From contig NZ_CP102271.1 in NCBI RefSeq assembly GCF_025148785.1, positions 1,387,972 through 1,419,971 on the forward strand: 32,000 bases of DNA, read 5' to 3'. The stretch is from Catenibacterium mitsuokai. Lineage in GTDB: Bacteria > Bacillota_I > Bacilli_A > Erysipelotrichales > Coprobacillaceae. Under the pieces are notes generated by a model. That model had not been told where the DNA came from, did no database searches, and worked only from the letters and a program-made list of their open reading frames with translations. Below are positions 1-7,798 of the stretch, one piece after another; positions within the stretch are counted from its first letter, which is position 1, and every line of letters starts with the position of its first letter. A program made the translations under genes and the position numbers.

Positions 1-666
1 CTTAATGGTCAGCCAATTTCTAATGTTGATTATCCTGAATATTATAAGGAATATCTATACTTAAAAGAGAAATATAAAGACCAGATGACTTTAAAGTTTG
101 GATTGGAATTTGGTATTCAAGTACATACCATTCCAAAATATGAAGCTTTGTTTAAACAATATCCTTTTGATTTTATTATTCTTTCCATTCATCAAGTAGA
201 TGATCTGGAATTCTGGACAGGAGATTACCAAAAGGGAAGAACAGAAAAAGAATATTATGAAAGATATTATCAGGAGTTATATGATGTCGTGAATCTCTAT
301 CATGATTATAGTGTTCTAGGTCACATGGATCTTATTAAACGTTATGATGATCATGATGGTTATGACAGCTTTAATAACCATAAAGAAATGATTACGCAAA
401 TTCTTGAGACAGTCATAAAAGATGGCAAAGGAATTGAAATCAACACTTCTTCTGTACGTTATGAGATAGGTGATCTGACACCTTCTAGAGATATCTTAAA
501 GTTATATTTAAAACTAGGTGGTACAATTATTACAATCGGCAGTGATAGTCATCAAGAAGATCATTTAGGTGCTTATATAGAGGATACAAAAAAAGAACTA
601 AAAGAACTCGGCTTTAAACAATATTGTACTTATAATCAAATGGTTCCAGAATTTCATGATTTATAA
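1..666 (+). CDS. PHP-family histidinol-phosphatase-like protein (HisJ/YtvP type), C-terminal part; 5' end lies outside the window
   Basis: Frame 1 is open from base 1, with no stop before the ATG at 85, through to TAA at 664-666. Motifs LGHMDLIKRY, GIEINTSS and IGSDSH match the C-terminal half of PHP phosphoesterases. Confidence 0.65.
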   Translation, partial: LNGQPISNVDYPEYYKEYLYLKEKYKDQMTLKFGLEFGIQVHTIPKYEALFKQYPFDFIILSIHQVDDLEFWTGDYQKGRTEKEYYERYYQELYDVVNLYHDYSVLGHMDLIKRYDDHDGYDSFNNHKEMITQILETVIKDGKGIEINTSSVRYEIGDLTPSRDILKLYLKLGGTIITIGSDSHQEDHLGAYIEDTKKELKELGFKQYCTYNQMVPEFHDL

Positions 667-707
667 TATTCAAAAAAGATTGAATAAACCATGTGTTTCT
701 TAATTTT

Positions 708-720
708 GAAGAAAATACAA
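708..720. repeat. Left copy of the 13-bp target-site duplication of the IS30-family element (GAAGAAAATACAA)
   Basis: Identical 13-mer at 708-720 and 2056-2068, immediately outside the two inverted repeats. Confidence 0.8.
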
Positions 721-750
721 CCCGAATTGCAAGCAGAAACTGGAAATAAG
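721..750. repeat. IS30-family terminal inverted repeat (transposase-distal end)
   Basis: CCCGAATTGCAAGCAGAAACTGGAAATAAG compared with the reverse complement of 2026-2055, CCTCAATTGTAAAATGAAACTGGAATTAAG: 23 of 30 positions identical, including the core GAAACTGGAA. Confidence 0.75.
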
Positions 751-758
751 AAGATAAG

Positions 759-1895
759 TTAGTTTTTATAGAAAATAGTATTACCAGTTACATTAAGTTT
801 AGCTAGTTCGTTAAGAAATAGTTCTTCAGAAGAAAGATATCCAAGTATCTTTCTTTTCTTCTGGTTTATTTTATTGTTTATATCAATAGTTGTCTCCTTA
901 TCAATTGTATTAATATCAGTTCCTTTCTTAATGAAATATCTTATAAGTCCATTGCAGTTCTCATTTGAGGCTCTGTCACATGAATGATAGGGTCTACCAA
1001 AATAGACAGTGGTTCTTTTCTCTTTTGATTTTGGCTTCTGTTCTATATCCTTCCACCTAGAAAACTCACTACCGTTATCAAAGGTGATTGATTTAAAGAT
1101 ATCCTTAAAGCTATCACCATAGAACTTATGAAGCTTGTTTATCTGCATATAGACCTGCTTTGAAGATTTGGCAGAGATAGGAATCATATAATAGAAGCGT
1201 GTCTTTCTTTCAATCAGAGTAAGATATGCACCATTCTGTCCATCTCTAGGTCCAGTAACTAGATCACCTTCCCAGTGTCCGAATTCTTCTCTGTCCTTGA
1301 TATATTCAGGCCTTTCGGTAATGGAAGTGCCTTTCTGTCTTTTTGGAATGTATGACTTCCAGTTCTTCTTTGTCTTTCTTCTGACCATGCGTGGAAGATC
1401 AATAGGTTTGATGGATGTTCTTCCCTGGTGGACATAGCTGTAAAATGTTTTAGTAGACACAGTCACCATATTCTTTATAATATCTGGCTGATGAAGCTTT
1501 AAATAGTTTATGGTCTCATCAATAGAGGATAATCTATTTGATTTTACTTCCTGTTCGACAAGAGAGATGAACTCTTTTGATTTTTCAAATTTAGAGTTAT
1601 TTGGAATCTTATGATTCTTGGATCTCTTTTCAAATGCAGCCATGGCAGAAAGTTCATAATGAACCTTGAGATTGTAATCTCTAACAGAGATAGTGGCATC
1701 CTTGATGATAGAATATATATTAGAGACAGTAGTACCTACAGTAGAAGCTAACTCTTTAATGAATTGAGTCTTACCAATGTTACGCTTACCAGGATGGGAA
1801 GCATTGAACTGAATCAACGAATTGATGATGAATTCATAATGAGAAAAATTAAGGTGTTTATTTTTTGCTTTTTGTGATATATTAATGCTGTTCAT
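759..1895 (-). CDS. IS30-family DDE transposase
   Basis: 378 aa. N-terminal HTH region, then HWEGDLV...LTLIERKTRF, ITFDNGSEF and SNENCNGLIRYFIKKG, which are the catalytic-core signatures of IS30 transposases. RBS AAGGAG lies 7 nt upstream of the ATG. Confidence 0.9.
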   Translation of the reverse strand: MNSINISQKAKNKHLNFSHYEFIINSLIQFNASHPGKRNIGKTQFIKELASTVGTTVSNIYSIIKDATISVRDYNLKVHYELSAMAAFEKRSKNHKIPNNSKFEKSKEFISLVEQEVKSNRLSSIDETINYLKLHQPDIIKNMVTVSTKTFYSYVHQGRTSIKPIDLPRMVRRKTKKNWKSYIPKRQKGTSITERPEYIKDREEFGHWEGDLVTGPRDGQNGAYLTLIERKTRFYYMIPISAKSSKQVYMQINKLHKFYGDSFKDIFKSITFDNGSEFSRWKDIEQKPKSKEKRTTVYFGRPYHSCDRASNENCNGLIRYFIKKGTDINTIDKETTIDINNKINQKKRKILGYLSSEELFLNELAKLNVTGNTIFYKN

Positions 1896-1987
1896 AGAAA
1901 TCTCCTTATAAAGTGTGGTAACTATATAATACGATTTCTATGGACTTTTTTTATACAAAAATTGAAAATAGGGGCCTGCGGCCGCGC

Positions 1988-2025
1988 GAATTGGGATAAA
2001 GGGGCATGCCCCTTTATCCCAATTC
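1988..2025. repeat. Perfect 38-bp palindrome in the IS30 leader, preceded by an 18-nt GC-rich tract (1971-1988)
   Basis: GAATTGGGATAAAGGGGCATGCCCCTTTATCCCAATTC is its own reverse complement. It directly abuts the inverted repeat at 2026-2055. Confidence 0.8.
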
Positions 2026-2055
2026 CTTAATTCCAGTTTCATTTTACAATTGAGG
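2026..2055. repeat. IS30-family terminal inverted repeat (transposase-proximal end)
   Basis: Partner of 721-750 (23/30 matches). Confidence 0.75.
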
Positions 2056-2068
2056 GAAGAAAATACAA
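2056..2068. repeat. Right copy of the 13-bp target-site duplication (GAAGAAAATACAA)
   Basis: Identical to 708-720. Confidence 0.8.
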
Positions 2069-2090
2069 GTATTTTTATGTAAAAAAAGGC

Positions 2091-2119
2091 TTGCATTGCA
2101 TCTCTTGGCATGTTATTAT
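2091..2119 (+). promoter_or_regulatory. Sigma-A-type promoter of the tRNA-Arg gene
   Basis: TTGCAT (2091-2096), 17-nt spacer, TATTAT (2114-2119). A-rich tract upstream. The tRNA starts 22 nt downstream. Confidence 0.6.
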
Positions 2120-2140
2120 ACATGAGCAGTCAAGAGAAAT

Positions 2141-2217
2141 GTCTACGTAGCTCAGCTGGATAGAGCACACGCCTTCTAAGCGTGCGGTCATGGGTTCGAA
2201 TCCCCTCGTGGACGCCA
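2141..2217 (+). tRNA. tRNA-Arg (anticodon TCT), CCA encoded
   Basis: Manual cloverleaf. Acceptor GTCTACG/CGTGGAC (one G-U pair). D arm GCTC-AGCTGGATA-GAGC. Anticodon stem CACGC/GCGTG with loop CTTCTAA. T arm ATGGG-TTCGAAT-CCCCT (one mismatch). Discriminator G followed by CCA. Confidence 0.9.
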
Positions 2218-2228
2218 TCTAACAACTA

Positions 2229-2252
2229 CCTCGGTTTATCCGAGGTTTTTTT
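2229..2252 (+). terminator. Rho-independent terminator after the tRNA
   Basis: CCTCGG-TTTAT-CCGAGG followed by a T7 run. Confidence 0.8.
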
Positions 2253-2370
2253 GTATATTTATTTAAAAAGAATTTATTTATATCGCCTTATTATAGGCAT
2301 TATGAGTGCTATCTTACGAGAAATATTTATCAAAATCCTTTATAATCATAGATGTAGAAAGGAATTGGTG

Positions 2371-2871
2371 ATGAATATGTTAAAAAATGAACACTCTTTA
2401 TATCGTTTGATGAATATTTATATGAATGATTCCCTTGCTGGAATTCGTTTCTTTTATAATATTAAGTGGCCAGAAGGCTATCATTGTGAGGAATGTGGCA
2501 GTTCTCATTATATATATGATCAGGAAAACAGATGCTTCATATGTGCAAAATGTGGTCATAAAGAAGATCTACTCGCACATACTGTTTTTTCTGAATGTCT
2601 CGATAATCCAAATTCACTTATATTAGGATTATATTTATGTTTGACAAGTAAACGCAGAGTAAGTCAAAAGGAACTCGCTCAGTTGGTATCTATTCCGGTT
2701 AAGAGTGCTGCCATTTTGATTAAAAACACTGAAATGCTAGATGAATGTAATATCAGAGAAGATATTATTAAAAAGATGTTTGAGAATAATGAAAGTCCCT
2801 TATTAAAAAATGTATCTTATACTAAAAACAATCAGTCAAATCGTGCTATAATACCTACGAAAGCAGGGTGA
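2371..2871 (+). CDS. IS1595-type transposase N-terminal module (Zn-ribbon plus HTH) without a DDE domain; either a truncated transposase remnant or a domesticated DNA-binding protein
   Basis: FFYNIKWPEGYHCEECGS...CFICAKCGH...TVFSEC...LILGLYLCLTSKRRVSQKELAQLV parallels residues about 25-130 of the intact IS1595 transposase at 10012-10986 (FFKSMKWPDGFSCDRCGC...CSSCHKQ...TIFQSC...LLLGIFLFFNKNKGISAVELCSIL). The protein stops about 50 aa after the HTH. RBS AAAGGA lies 7 nt before the ATG at 2371. The longer track ORF starting at 2182 overlaps the tRNA. Confidence 0.6.
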   Translation: MNMLKNEHSLYRLMNIYMNDSLAGIRFFYNIKWPEGYHCEECGSSHYIYDQENRCFICAKCGHKEDLLAHTVFSECLDNPNSLILGLYLCLTSKRRVSQKELAQLVSIPVKSAAILIKNTEMLDECNIREDIIKKMFENNESPLLKNVSYTKNNQSNRAIIPTKAG

Positions 2872-2876
2872 TTAGT

Positions 2877-3134
2877 ATGACAGAAACAACTGGTTCAATC
2901 ATTAATATAGTAAATACAGGTCAAACAATTACATTAACAGTAAGATATGTGGTCAATCATCATGTATATGCCCTTAAAGAAGAAGCTGTTTTAAAACCAG
3001 CAAAACAATTACTTTTGTTTAAGTCAAAAAGAAAAGTACCTGTATTAGGTACTTTAAGAGTAGGGCAGGAAGTCGCTGTCTATTATGATGAAAAACATCC
3101 AAGTGCTGCTTATCTAAAAGATAACATCAAATAG
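2877..3134 (+). CDS. Small hypothetical protein (85 aa), DUF3592-like C-terminal pattern
   Basis: ATG at 2877 lies 7 nt after AGGGTG and 6 nt after the upstream stop, which suggests coupled translation. VGQEVAVYYDEKHPSAAYL resembles the V.V.YdP..P motif of DUF3592 (from memory). No TM segment. Confidence 0.45.
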   Translation: MTETTGSIINIVNTGQTITLTVRYVVNHHVYALKEEAVLKPAKQLLLFKSKRKVPVLGTLRVGQEVAVYYDEKHPSAAYLKDNIK

Positions 3135-3627
3135 AGCGTTTATAAGCCTCTAAAAAGATGATAAAGGACAAAAAGGCAAGCCATTCAAAAAGACCTGTAA
3201 TATCTGCAAGAAAGCATAGTACAGACGTTAACATGATACATAATGACATCAACAGCTGTAATAATTTATAAGCTAAGTATGTATTGGTTTGATGTAAGTC
3301 ATAGAGAATCATTGCGAGAGTGATGACTATAAATATGATTCCAACAAAACCAGCATAAGTGTGACATTCTGAAAAGAAATCATGACTTGACCTTTTAAAG
3401 GGCATAAATAAGCTGATTATGAGACATATCCCTGATATATGGACAAGTGCTTTGCGTTTGGTTATCTTATAGAGCTGATACCAGTAATATATCAAAAACA
3501 TAAAAAAGATGCACTGCATTGGATAATGATATTGTGCCATGCTCATGACACCCGATAGATTATTGCGTATTGGACTGAGTCTTGTCGCAAAATAGGCAAG
3601 TATTGTAAGAAAAATGATGTGTACCAT
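3127..3627 (-). CDS. Hypothetical polytopic membrane protein (166 aa)
   Basis: Strong RBS AGGAGG 5 nt upstream of the ATG at 3627. About 5 hydrophobic segments. Converges on 2877-3134 with an 8-nt overlap. The track ORF start at 3738 has no RBS. Confidence 0.55.
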   Translation of the reverse strand: MVHIIFLTILAYFATRLSPIRNNLSGVMSMAQYHYPMQCIFFMFLIYYWYQLYKITKRKALVHISGICLIISLFMPFKRSSHDFFSECHTYAGFVGIIFIVITLAMILYDLHQTNTYLAYKLLQLLMSLCIMLTSVLCFLADITGLFEWLAFLSFIIFLEAYKRSI

Positions 3628-3729
3628 AAAAACCTCCTGCTTCATTATAACGGCTTCTATTTGAGAAGAGTAGAAAGATATGCTAAAATATATTAAATGT
3701 GATAGGTTGAACATATTGAAAGGAGTATT

Positions 3730-5427
3730 ATGAAACACAATAATGTTAAAATCATGCCTCTAGGTGGTCAGGCCGAAGTAGGCAAGAGTATGTACAGTAT
3801 AGAAGTTAATGGAAAGATCTTCATCATTGATGCTGGTTATCGTTTCCCAGATTTGGATAAACTTGGTGTTGATATTATCATTCCAAGTTTTGATTATTTA
3901 ATTGAAAGAAAGAAGGATATTGTTGCTATTATTATTACACATGCACATAATGATGTAATGGCTGCACTTCCTTACTTATTGAATGCAGTTCAGGGTGTTC
4001 CTGTCTATGCACCTAGTTTAACAGCCGATTTAATTGAAATGATGATTGATCATTATCAGAGACATCAGAAAAAGAATCTTCATATGGAATTGATTCGTGT
4101 AAGACGTGATGATTCTATTAAGATTGCAGGTATTCCAGTAGAATTCTTCCCTGAAACACATTCTATTCCAGGAAGTGTTGGTGTTGCTATCTGGACACCT
4201 GATGGATATGTTGTTTATGGTGGAGAATTTATTATTGATTTTGGTTCTCCTGAAGGATTTAGATGTAATATCCAAAAGATGATGGAAATTGGTAAGAAAG
4301 GCGTTCTTGCCTTAATGGTTGAATCTTCAGGAGCAAGCAATCCTGGTTATACTTCACCAAATCATAAACTTACAAATAAGATTGAATCTATGTTTGAAGA
4401 TGCATCTGGTAGAATTATTATTTCTTCTTATGCCCAGAATGTCTTTAGAACAAAAGAAATTGTCGAACTCACTAAAAAGTATCATCGTCAGATTGTCTTC
4501 TATGGACGTGATAAATATGACCAGACAAATAGTATTATTCGTCTAGAAAGAACGACACATAAGCCTGTTATTACTGTTCCAAGTAAATATCTTGGCAAGA
4601 AAGAAAATGTTGGTATTCCCGCTAAGGATTCAAGTTATGTTATCCTTTTGAGTGGTGCACCTAATACTATTTATAGTGATATTTGTGATATTCTTGATGG
4701 TGGCGATGAATTATTAAAGATCAGAGAAGGCGATACGTTTATTGTTGCTTCTCCAGTACTACCTGGTACTGAAAAGATTGCGAATAAAGCTCAGAATGAT
4801 TTATTCAGAACACCAGCAGATGTTCATATTCTTAAGAATAAACAATTACCTTCAATGCATGCATCTATTGAAGACATTAAAGTATTTATTCAGCTATTTA
4901 ACCCTAAATACTATGTACCAATTAAAGGTGAATACCGTCGTTTTGTAGCCAATGCACATATCGCAAATGAAATGGGTATTGATAATGATCATATTGTGAT
5001 TTTAGATAATGGTGAAAAGTGTACTTTCAAAAATGGACAACTTGAAGAAGGCAGAGAAGTTATTGAAATCGAAGATGTCATGATTGATGGTATCGGCGTT
5101 GGAGATGTGGGTGAAAAGGTTATTGATGACCGTATTCAGTTATCTAATGATGGTATTGTTGTTGTAGGTGTCACTATTGATGCACGCACAAAAGAAATTA
5201 TTGCCCAGACAGACTGTCAGACTCGAGGATTTGTTTATTTAAAAGATTCTGGTTATGTCATCAAAGAAATCATTAACATCTGTGAAGGCGTTGTCTCTAA
5301 GTTAAAAGATGATCCCCAGGTGGATGTTCAGGATATACGTAATGAGATGAAAGAACTATCTATGCGTTATATTATGAAAGAAACAGGGAAAAAACCTGTA
5401 TTTATTGGTGTTGTAGTAGAAATCTAA
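3730..5427 (+). CDS. rnj: RNase J family protein (metallo-beta-lactamase/beta-CASP) with degenerate catalytic motifs; RNase J2-like
   Basis: 565 aa, collinear with the B. subtilis RNase J1 architecture (LGG..EVGKSMY, IDAG, ETHSIPGS, PSMHAS, GEYR, C-terminal domain). Motif II is THAHNDV instead of THGHEDH, and PIKGEYR replaces PIHGEYR. RBS AAAGGAG. Confidence 0.85.
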   Translation: MKHNNVKIMPLGGQAEVGKSMYSIEVNGKIFIIDAGYRFPDLDKLGVDIIIPSFDYLIERKKDIVAIIITHAHNDVMAALPYLLNAVQGVPVYAPSLTADLIEMMIDHYQRHQKKNLHMELIRVRRDDSIKIAGIPVEFFPETHSIPGSVGVAIWTPDGYVVYGGEFIIDFGSPEGFRCNIQKMMEIGKKGVLALMVESSGASNPGYTSPNHKLTNKIESMFEDASGRIIISSYAQNVFRTKEIVELTKKYHRQIVFYGRDKYDQTNSIIRLERTTHKPVITVPSKYLGKKENVGIPAKDSSYVILLSGAPNTIYSDICDILDGGDELLKIREGDTFIVASPVLPGTEKIANKAQNDLFRTPADVHILKNKQLPSMHASIEDIKVFIQLFNPKYYVPIKGEYRRFVANAHIANEMGIDNDHIVILDNGEKCTFKNGQLEEGREVIEIEDVMIDGIGVGDVGEKVIDDRIQLSNDGIVVVGVTIDARTKEIIAQTDCQTRGFVYLKDSGYVIKEIINICEGVVSKLKDDPQVDVQDIRNEMKELSMRYIMKETGKKPVFIGVVVEI

Positions 5428-5449
5428 GCAGGATTTATTCCTGCTTTTT
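5426..5449 (+). terminator. Rho-independent terminator after the RNase J gene
   Basis: AAGCAGG-ATTTATT-CCTGCTT followed by a T run. Confidence 0.7.
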
Positions 5450-5473
5450 ACAACTATGGAAGGGAGTGAAAAT

Positions 5474-7702
5474 ATGGCTGAAAAGAAAACAAAAAAGCCT
5501 AAAAAAGCACCTGTATCAAAACAGCCGAAAAAAGAAGAAAATAAATCTAACAAGATAAAAACAAGATTAATTGCTTTGTTTTTATTATTTATATTCTTTA
5601 TAAGCATATGTCAATTAGGAATCGTAGGTAGATTTTTCCATACACTTATGGTTTATATTTTTGGTAGTATGATGATTTATCCAATTCTTATCATACTTTC
5701 TATTATATCTGCTTATTTTGTTGTTAAGGGTGAGTCTCCTAAATGGAAGGGACCTCAGACAGTAGGACTGATTATGATGATTATTGGTATACTGCTTATT
5801 TGTACATATGTGGGTAATATGCATTCAACAGGTAGTATGAATAATTATATAAAGCATGATGGTGTGACAAGCGGAGGTCTTATCGGATCATTATTATATG
5901 CTCCTTTAAGTGCTTTATTTTCTCCTATTGGAACTCTTATTTTTGGTATTATTTTGCTGCTAGCTGGTCTTGTATTATTCTCTAGTAAGTATATTCATCA
6001 ATACAAAATAAAGCAGAATGAACAGGAAGCACAAAATGCAGTAGAAGTGTTTGAAAATAAGAAAGAGAAAACTAAAGTCAAAGATTTCTTTGCCCCTAAA
6101 CAGAAAGAAAAAGGATTCTTCCCAGATAAAGTATTTGAAGAGAAAGAACCTTTAAAGGAACCGGATATTGACCTCACTTTCAATCAAAAGAGCATGCGTC
6201 TTGATATTGAAAAGAAGAGACCTAAAAAGATGGAATACAAAGACGGTGTTTATCAGCTTCCTTCATTTGATTTACTGAATCCTATTCGTAATACCGGCAA
6301 TTTATCAGAAGAAGCCAAACATGCAAAAAGTACAGGCAAGATTCTTGAAAACATGTTTGAAGAATTCGGTGTCAATGCGAATGTAGTACATCTCTATATT
6401 GGACCCACTGTTACTAAATTTGAAATCAAGTTAGAAGCAGGAACACGAGTTAATCGAATATTACAGTTACAAGATGACATTCAGCTTGCTTTAGCTGCAA
6501 AAGAAATTAGAATTGAAGCACCTATTCCAGGCAAGCCTTATGTAGGTATCGAAGTACCTAATAAAACAGCAGCTATGGTTCCATTTAATGAAGTCTATCA
6601 GCTTTCTATGCGTGATCATACATGGGGTAATAAGTTAGCTGTTCCACTTGGTAAAGATGTATCTGGTAACTTGATTGTTGCAGAGCTCAATAAGATGCCT
6701 CATTTACTTATTGCAGGAGCGACTGGTTCAGGTAAATCAGTCTGTGTGAATTCTATTATTACTTCTATTCTTATGAAAGCAACACCAGATGAAGTAAGAC
6801 TCATTCTTGTTGACCCTAAAAAGGTTGAATTATCTAACTATAATGGCGTACCTCATTTATTATCTCCTGTTGTCACTGATCCTAAAAAAGCAGCTGGAGT
6901 ATTACAGCAGGTTGTTGCAGAAATGGAAAGACGTTATGAAGTGTTCGCAGATAATGGACAGCGTAATATGGAATCTTATAATGTCTATGCAAAGAAGTTT
7001 AATGAAAAAGCCAAAGAAGAAGATAAAAAAGAAATCATGCCTTATCATGTTGTCATCCTAGATGAAGTAGCTGATTTAATGATGGTCGCTTCTAAAACAG
7101 TAGAAGACTGTATTATGCGTATTTCACAGATGGCACGTGCGGCAGGTATTCATCTTATTGTCGCAACACAAAGACCATCTACTGATATTATTACTGGTGT
7201 TATCAAAGCGAATATTCCATCACGTATTGCTTTTGCAGTGTCTTCAAGTGTTGACTCACGTACAATATTAGATGCCACAGGAGCTGAAAAACTGCTTGGA
7301 AAAGGGGATATGCTCTTTAGTCCAATGGGTTCTAGCTCACCAGTACGTGTACAGGGTGCTTTTGTGGCAGATGAAGAAGTGAGTCGTGTTGTAGAGTTTG
7401 TTTCTAAACAGATGGATGCAAACTATGATGATAATTATGTCAATGCGAAAGAAGTATCAAATGGCAGCTCTTCAGTCAATGATTCTTTAAATGATACAGA
7501 AGAAGAATATGAAGAATGCCGTGAATTTGTCATTAAAGAACAACGTGCAAGTACTTCTTTATTACAAAGAAGGTTCAGAATTGGCTATAATAAAGCAGCT
7601 CGTATCATGGATCAGTTAGAACAAAATGGTGTTATTGGTCCACAGATAGGTTCTAAACCAAGGGAAGTTTATATTCGAGGTTATAGCGAAGAAGATATTT
7701 AG
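5474..7702 (+). CDS. ftsK: DNA translocase FtsK/SpoIIIE
   Basis: Lys-rich N-terminus and 4-5 TM segments. Walker A GATGSGKS and Walker B VVILDEVADLMM. C-terminal gamma winged-helix (SLLQRRFRIGYNKAARIMDQLEQNGVIGP). ATG at 5474 follows GGAAGGGAG. Confidence 0.9.
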   Translation: MAEKKTKKPKKAPVSKQPKKEENKSNKIKTRLIALFLLFIFFISICQLGIVGRFFHTLMVYIFGSMMIYPILIILSIISAYFVVKGESPKWKGPQTVGLIMMIIGILLICTYVGNMHSTGSMNNYIKHDGVTSGGLIGSLLYAPLSALFSPIGTLIFGIILLLAGLVLFSSKYIHQYKIKQNEQEAQNAVEVFENKKEKTKVKDFFAPKQKEKGFFPDKVFEEKEPLKEPDIDLTFNQKSMRLDIEKKRPKKMEYKDGVYQLPSFDLLNPIRNTGNLSEEAKHAKSTGKILENMFEEFGVNANVVHLYIGPTVTKFEIKLEAGTRVNRILQLQDDIQLALAAKEIRIEAPIPGKPYVGIEVPNKTAAMVPFNEVYQLSMRDHTWGNKLAVPLGKDVSGNLIVAELNKMPHLLIAGATGSGKSVCVNSIITSILMKATPDEVRLILVDPKKVELSNYNGVPHLLSPVVTDPKKAAGVLQQVVAEMERRYEVFADNGQRNMESYNVYAKKFNEKAKEEDKKEIMPYHVVILDEVADLMMVASKTVEDCIMRISQMARAAGIHLIVATQRPSTDIITGVIKANIPSRIAFAVSSSVDSRTILDATGAEKLLGKGDMLFSPMGSSSPVRVQGAFVADEEVSRVVEFVSKQMDANYDDNYVNAKEVSNGSSSVNDSLNDTEEEYEECREFVIKEQRASTSLLQRRFRIGYNKAARIMDQLEQNGVIGPQIGSKPREVYIRGYSEEDI

Positions 7703-7718
7703 GATATCTTCTTTTTTT
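7689..7718 (+). terminator. Rho-independent terminator overlapping the ftsK stop
   Basis: AAGAAGATAT-TTAGG-ATATCTTCTT followed by a T run. Confidence 0.75.
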
Positions 7719-7798
7719 GATTAATTAAGCGGTAACACTTTATAAAGTAGCATTAAAGTGTTAAAATAATTATATATCAAAAGGAGGAATTGAATAAT

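Larger units (their letters stand above)
721..2055 (-). mobile_element. IS30-family insertion sequence, apparently intact (1335 bp)
   Basis: Single 378-aa IS30-type transposase ORF. Terminal imperfect inverted repeats at 721-750 and 2026-2055 (23/30 matches). Flanked by a perfect 13-bp direct repeat. Confidence 0.85.

Noticed and set aside
1978-2010. NotI (GCGGCCGC) and SphI (GCATGC) sites in a GC-rich block suggested a cloning or assembly artefact.
   Set aside because: The block lies precisely between a bona fide IS inverted repeat and the transposase gene, inside an element bounded by a target duplication. It is more simply explained as a native part of the IS. Checking other copies would settle this.
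1938-2123. 61-aa minus-strand track ORF.
   Set aside because: It spans the IS30 inverted repeat, the palindrome and the tRNA promoter. It has no RBS and shows palindrome-driven amino-acid symmetry, so it is spurious.
2182-2370. N-terminal extension of the Zn-ribbon protein ORF (track start 2182).
   Set aside because: It begins inside the tRNA-Arg gene and runs through its terminator. The ATG at 2371 has a proper RBS.
2141-3738. A tRNA-targeting integrative island downstream of tRNA-Arg.
   Set aside because: There is no integrase gene, and I found no second copy of the tRNA 3' end (for example GGTTCGAATCCCCTCGTGGAC) downstream that could serve as attR.
4030-4275. Antisense or out-of-frame track ORFs inside well-supported genes. 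Examples: 4030-4275, 4319-4546, 4742-4948, 5356-5607, 5615-5824, 5998-6183, 6807-7061, 13429-13632, 14813-15028, 15955-16137, 16574-16780, 21523-21807, 22563-22950, 24317-24946, 26517-27929, 28367-28549 and 31358-31632.
   Set aside because: All are nested in longer ORFs with clear family signatures. They lack an RBS and have low-complexity or unusual composition.
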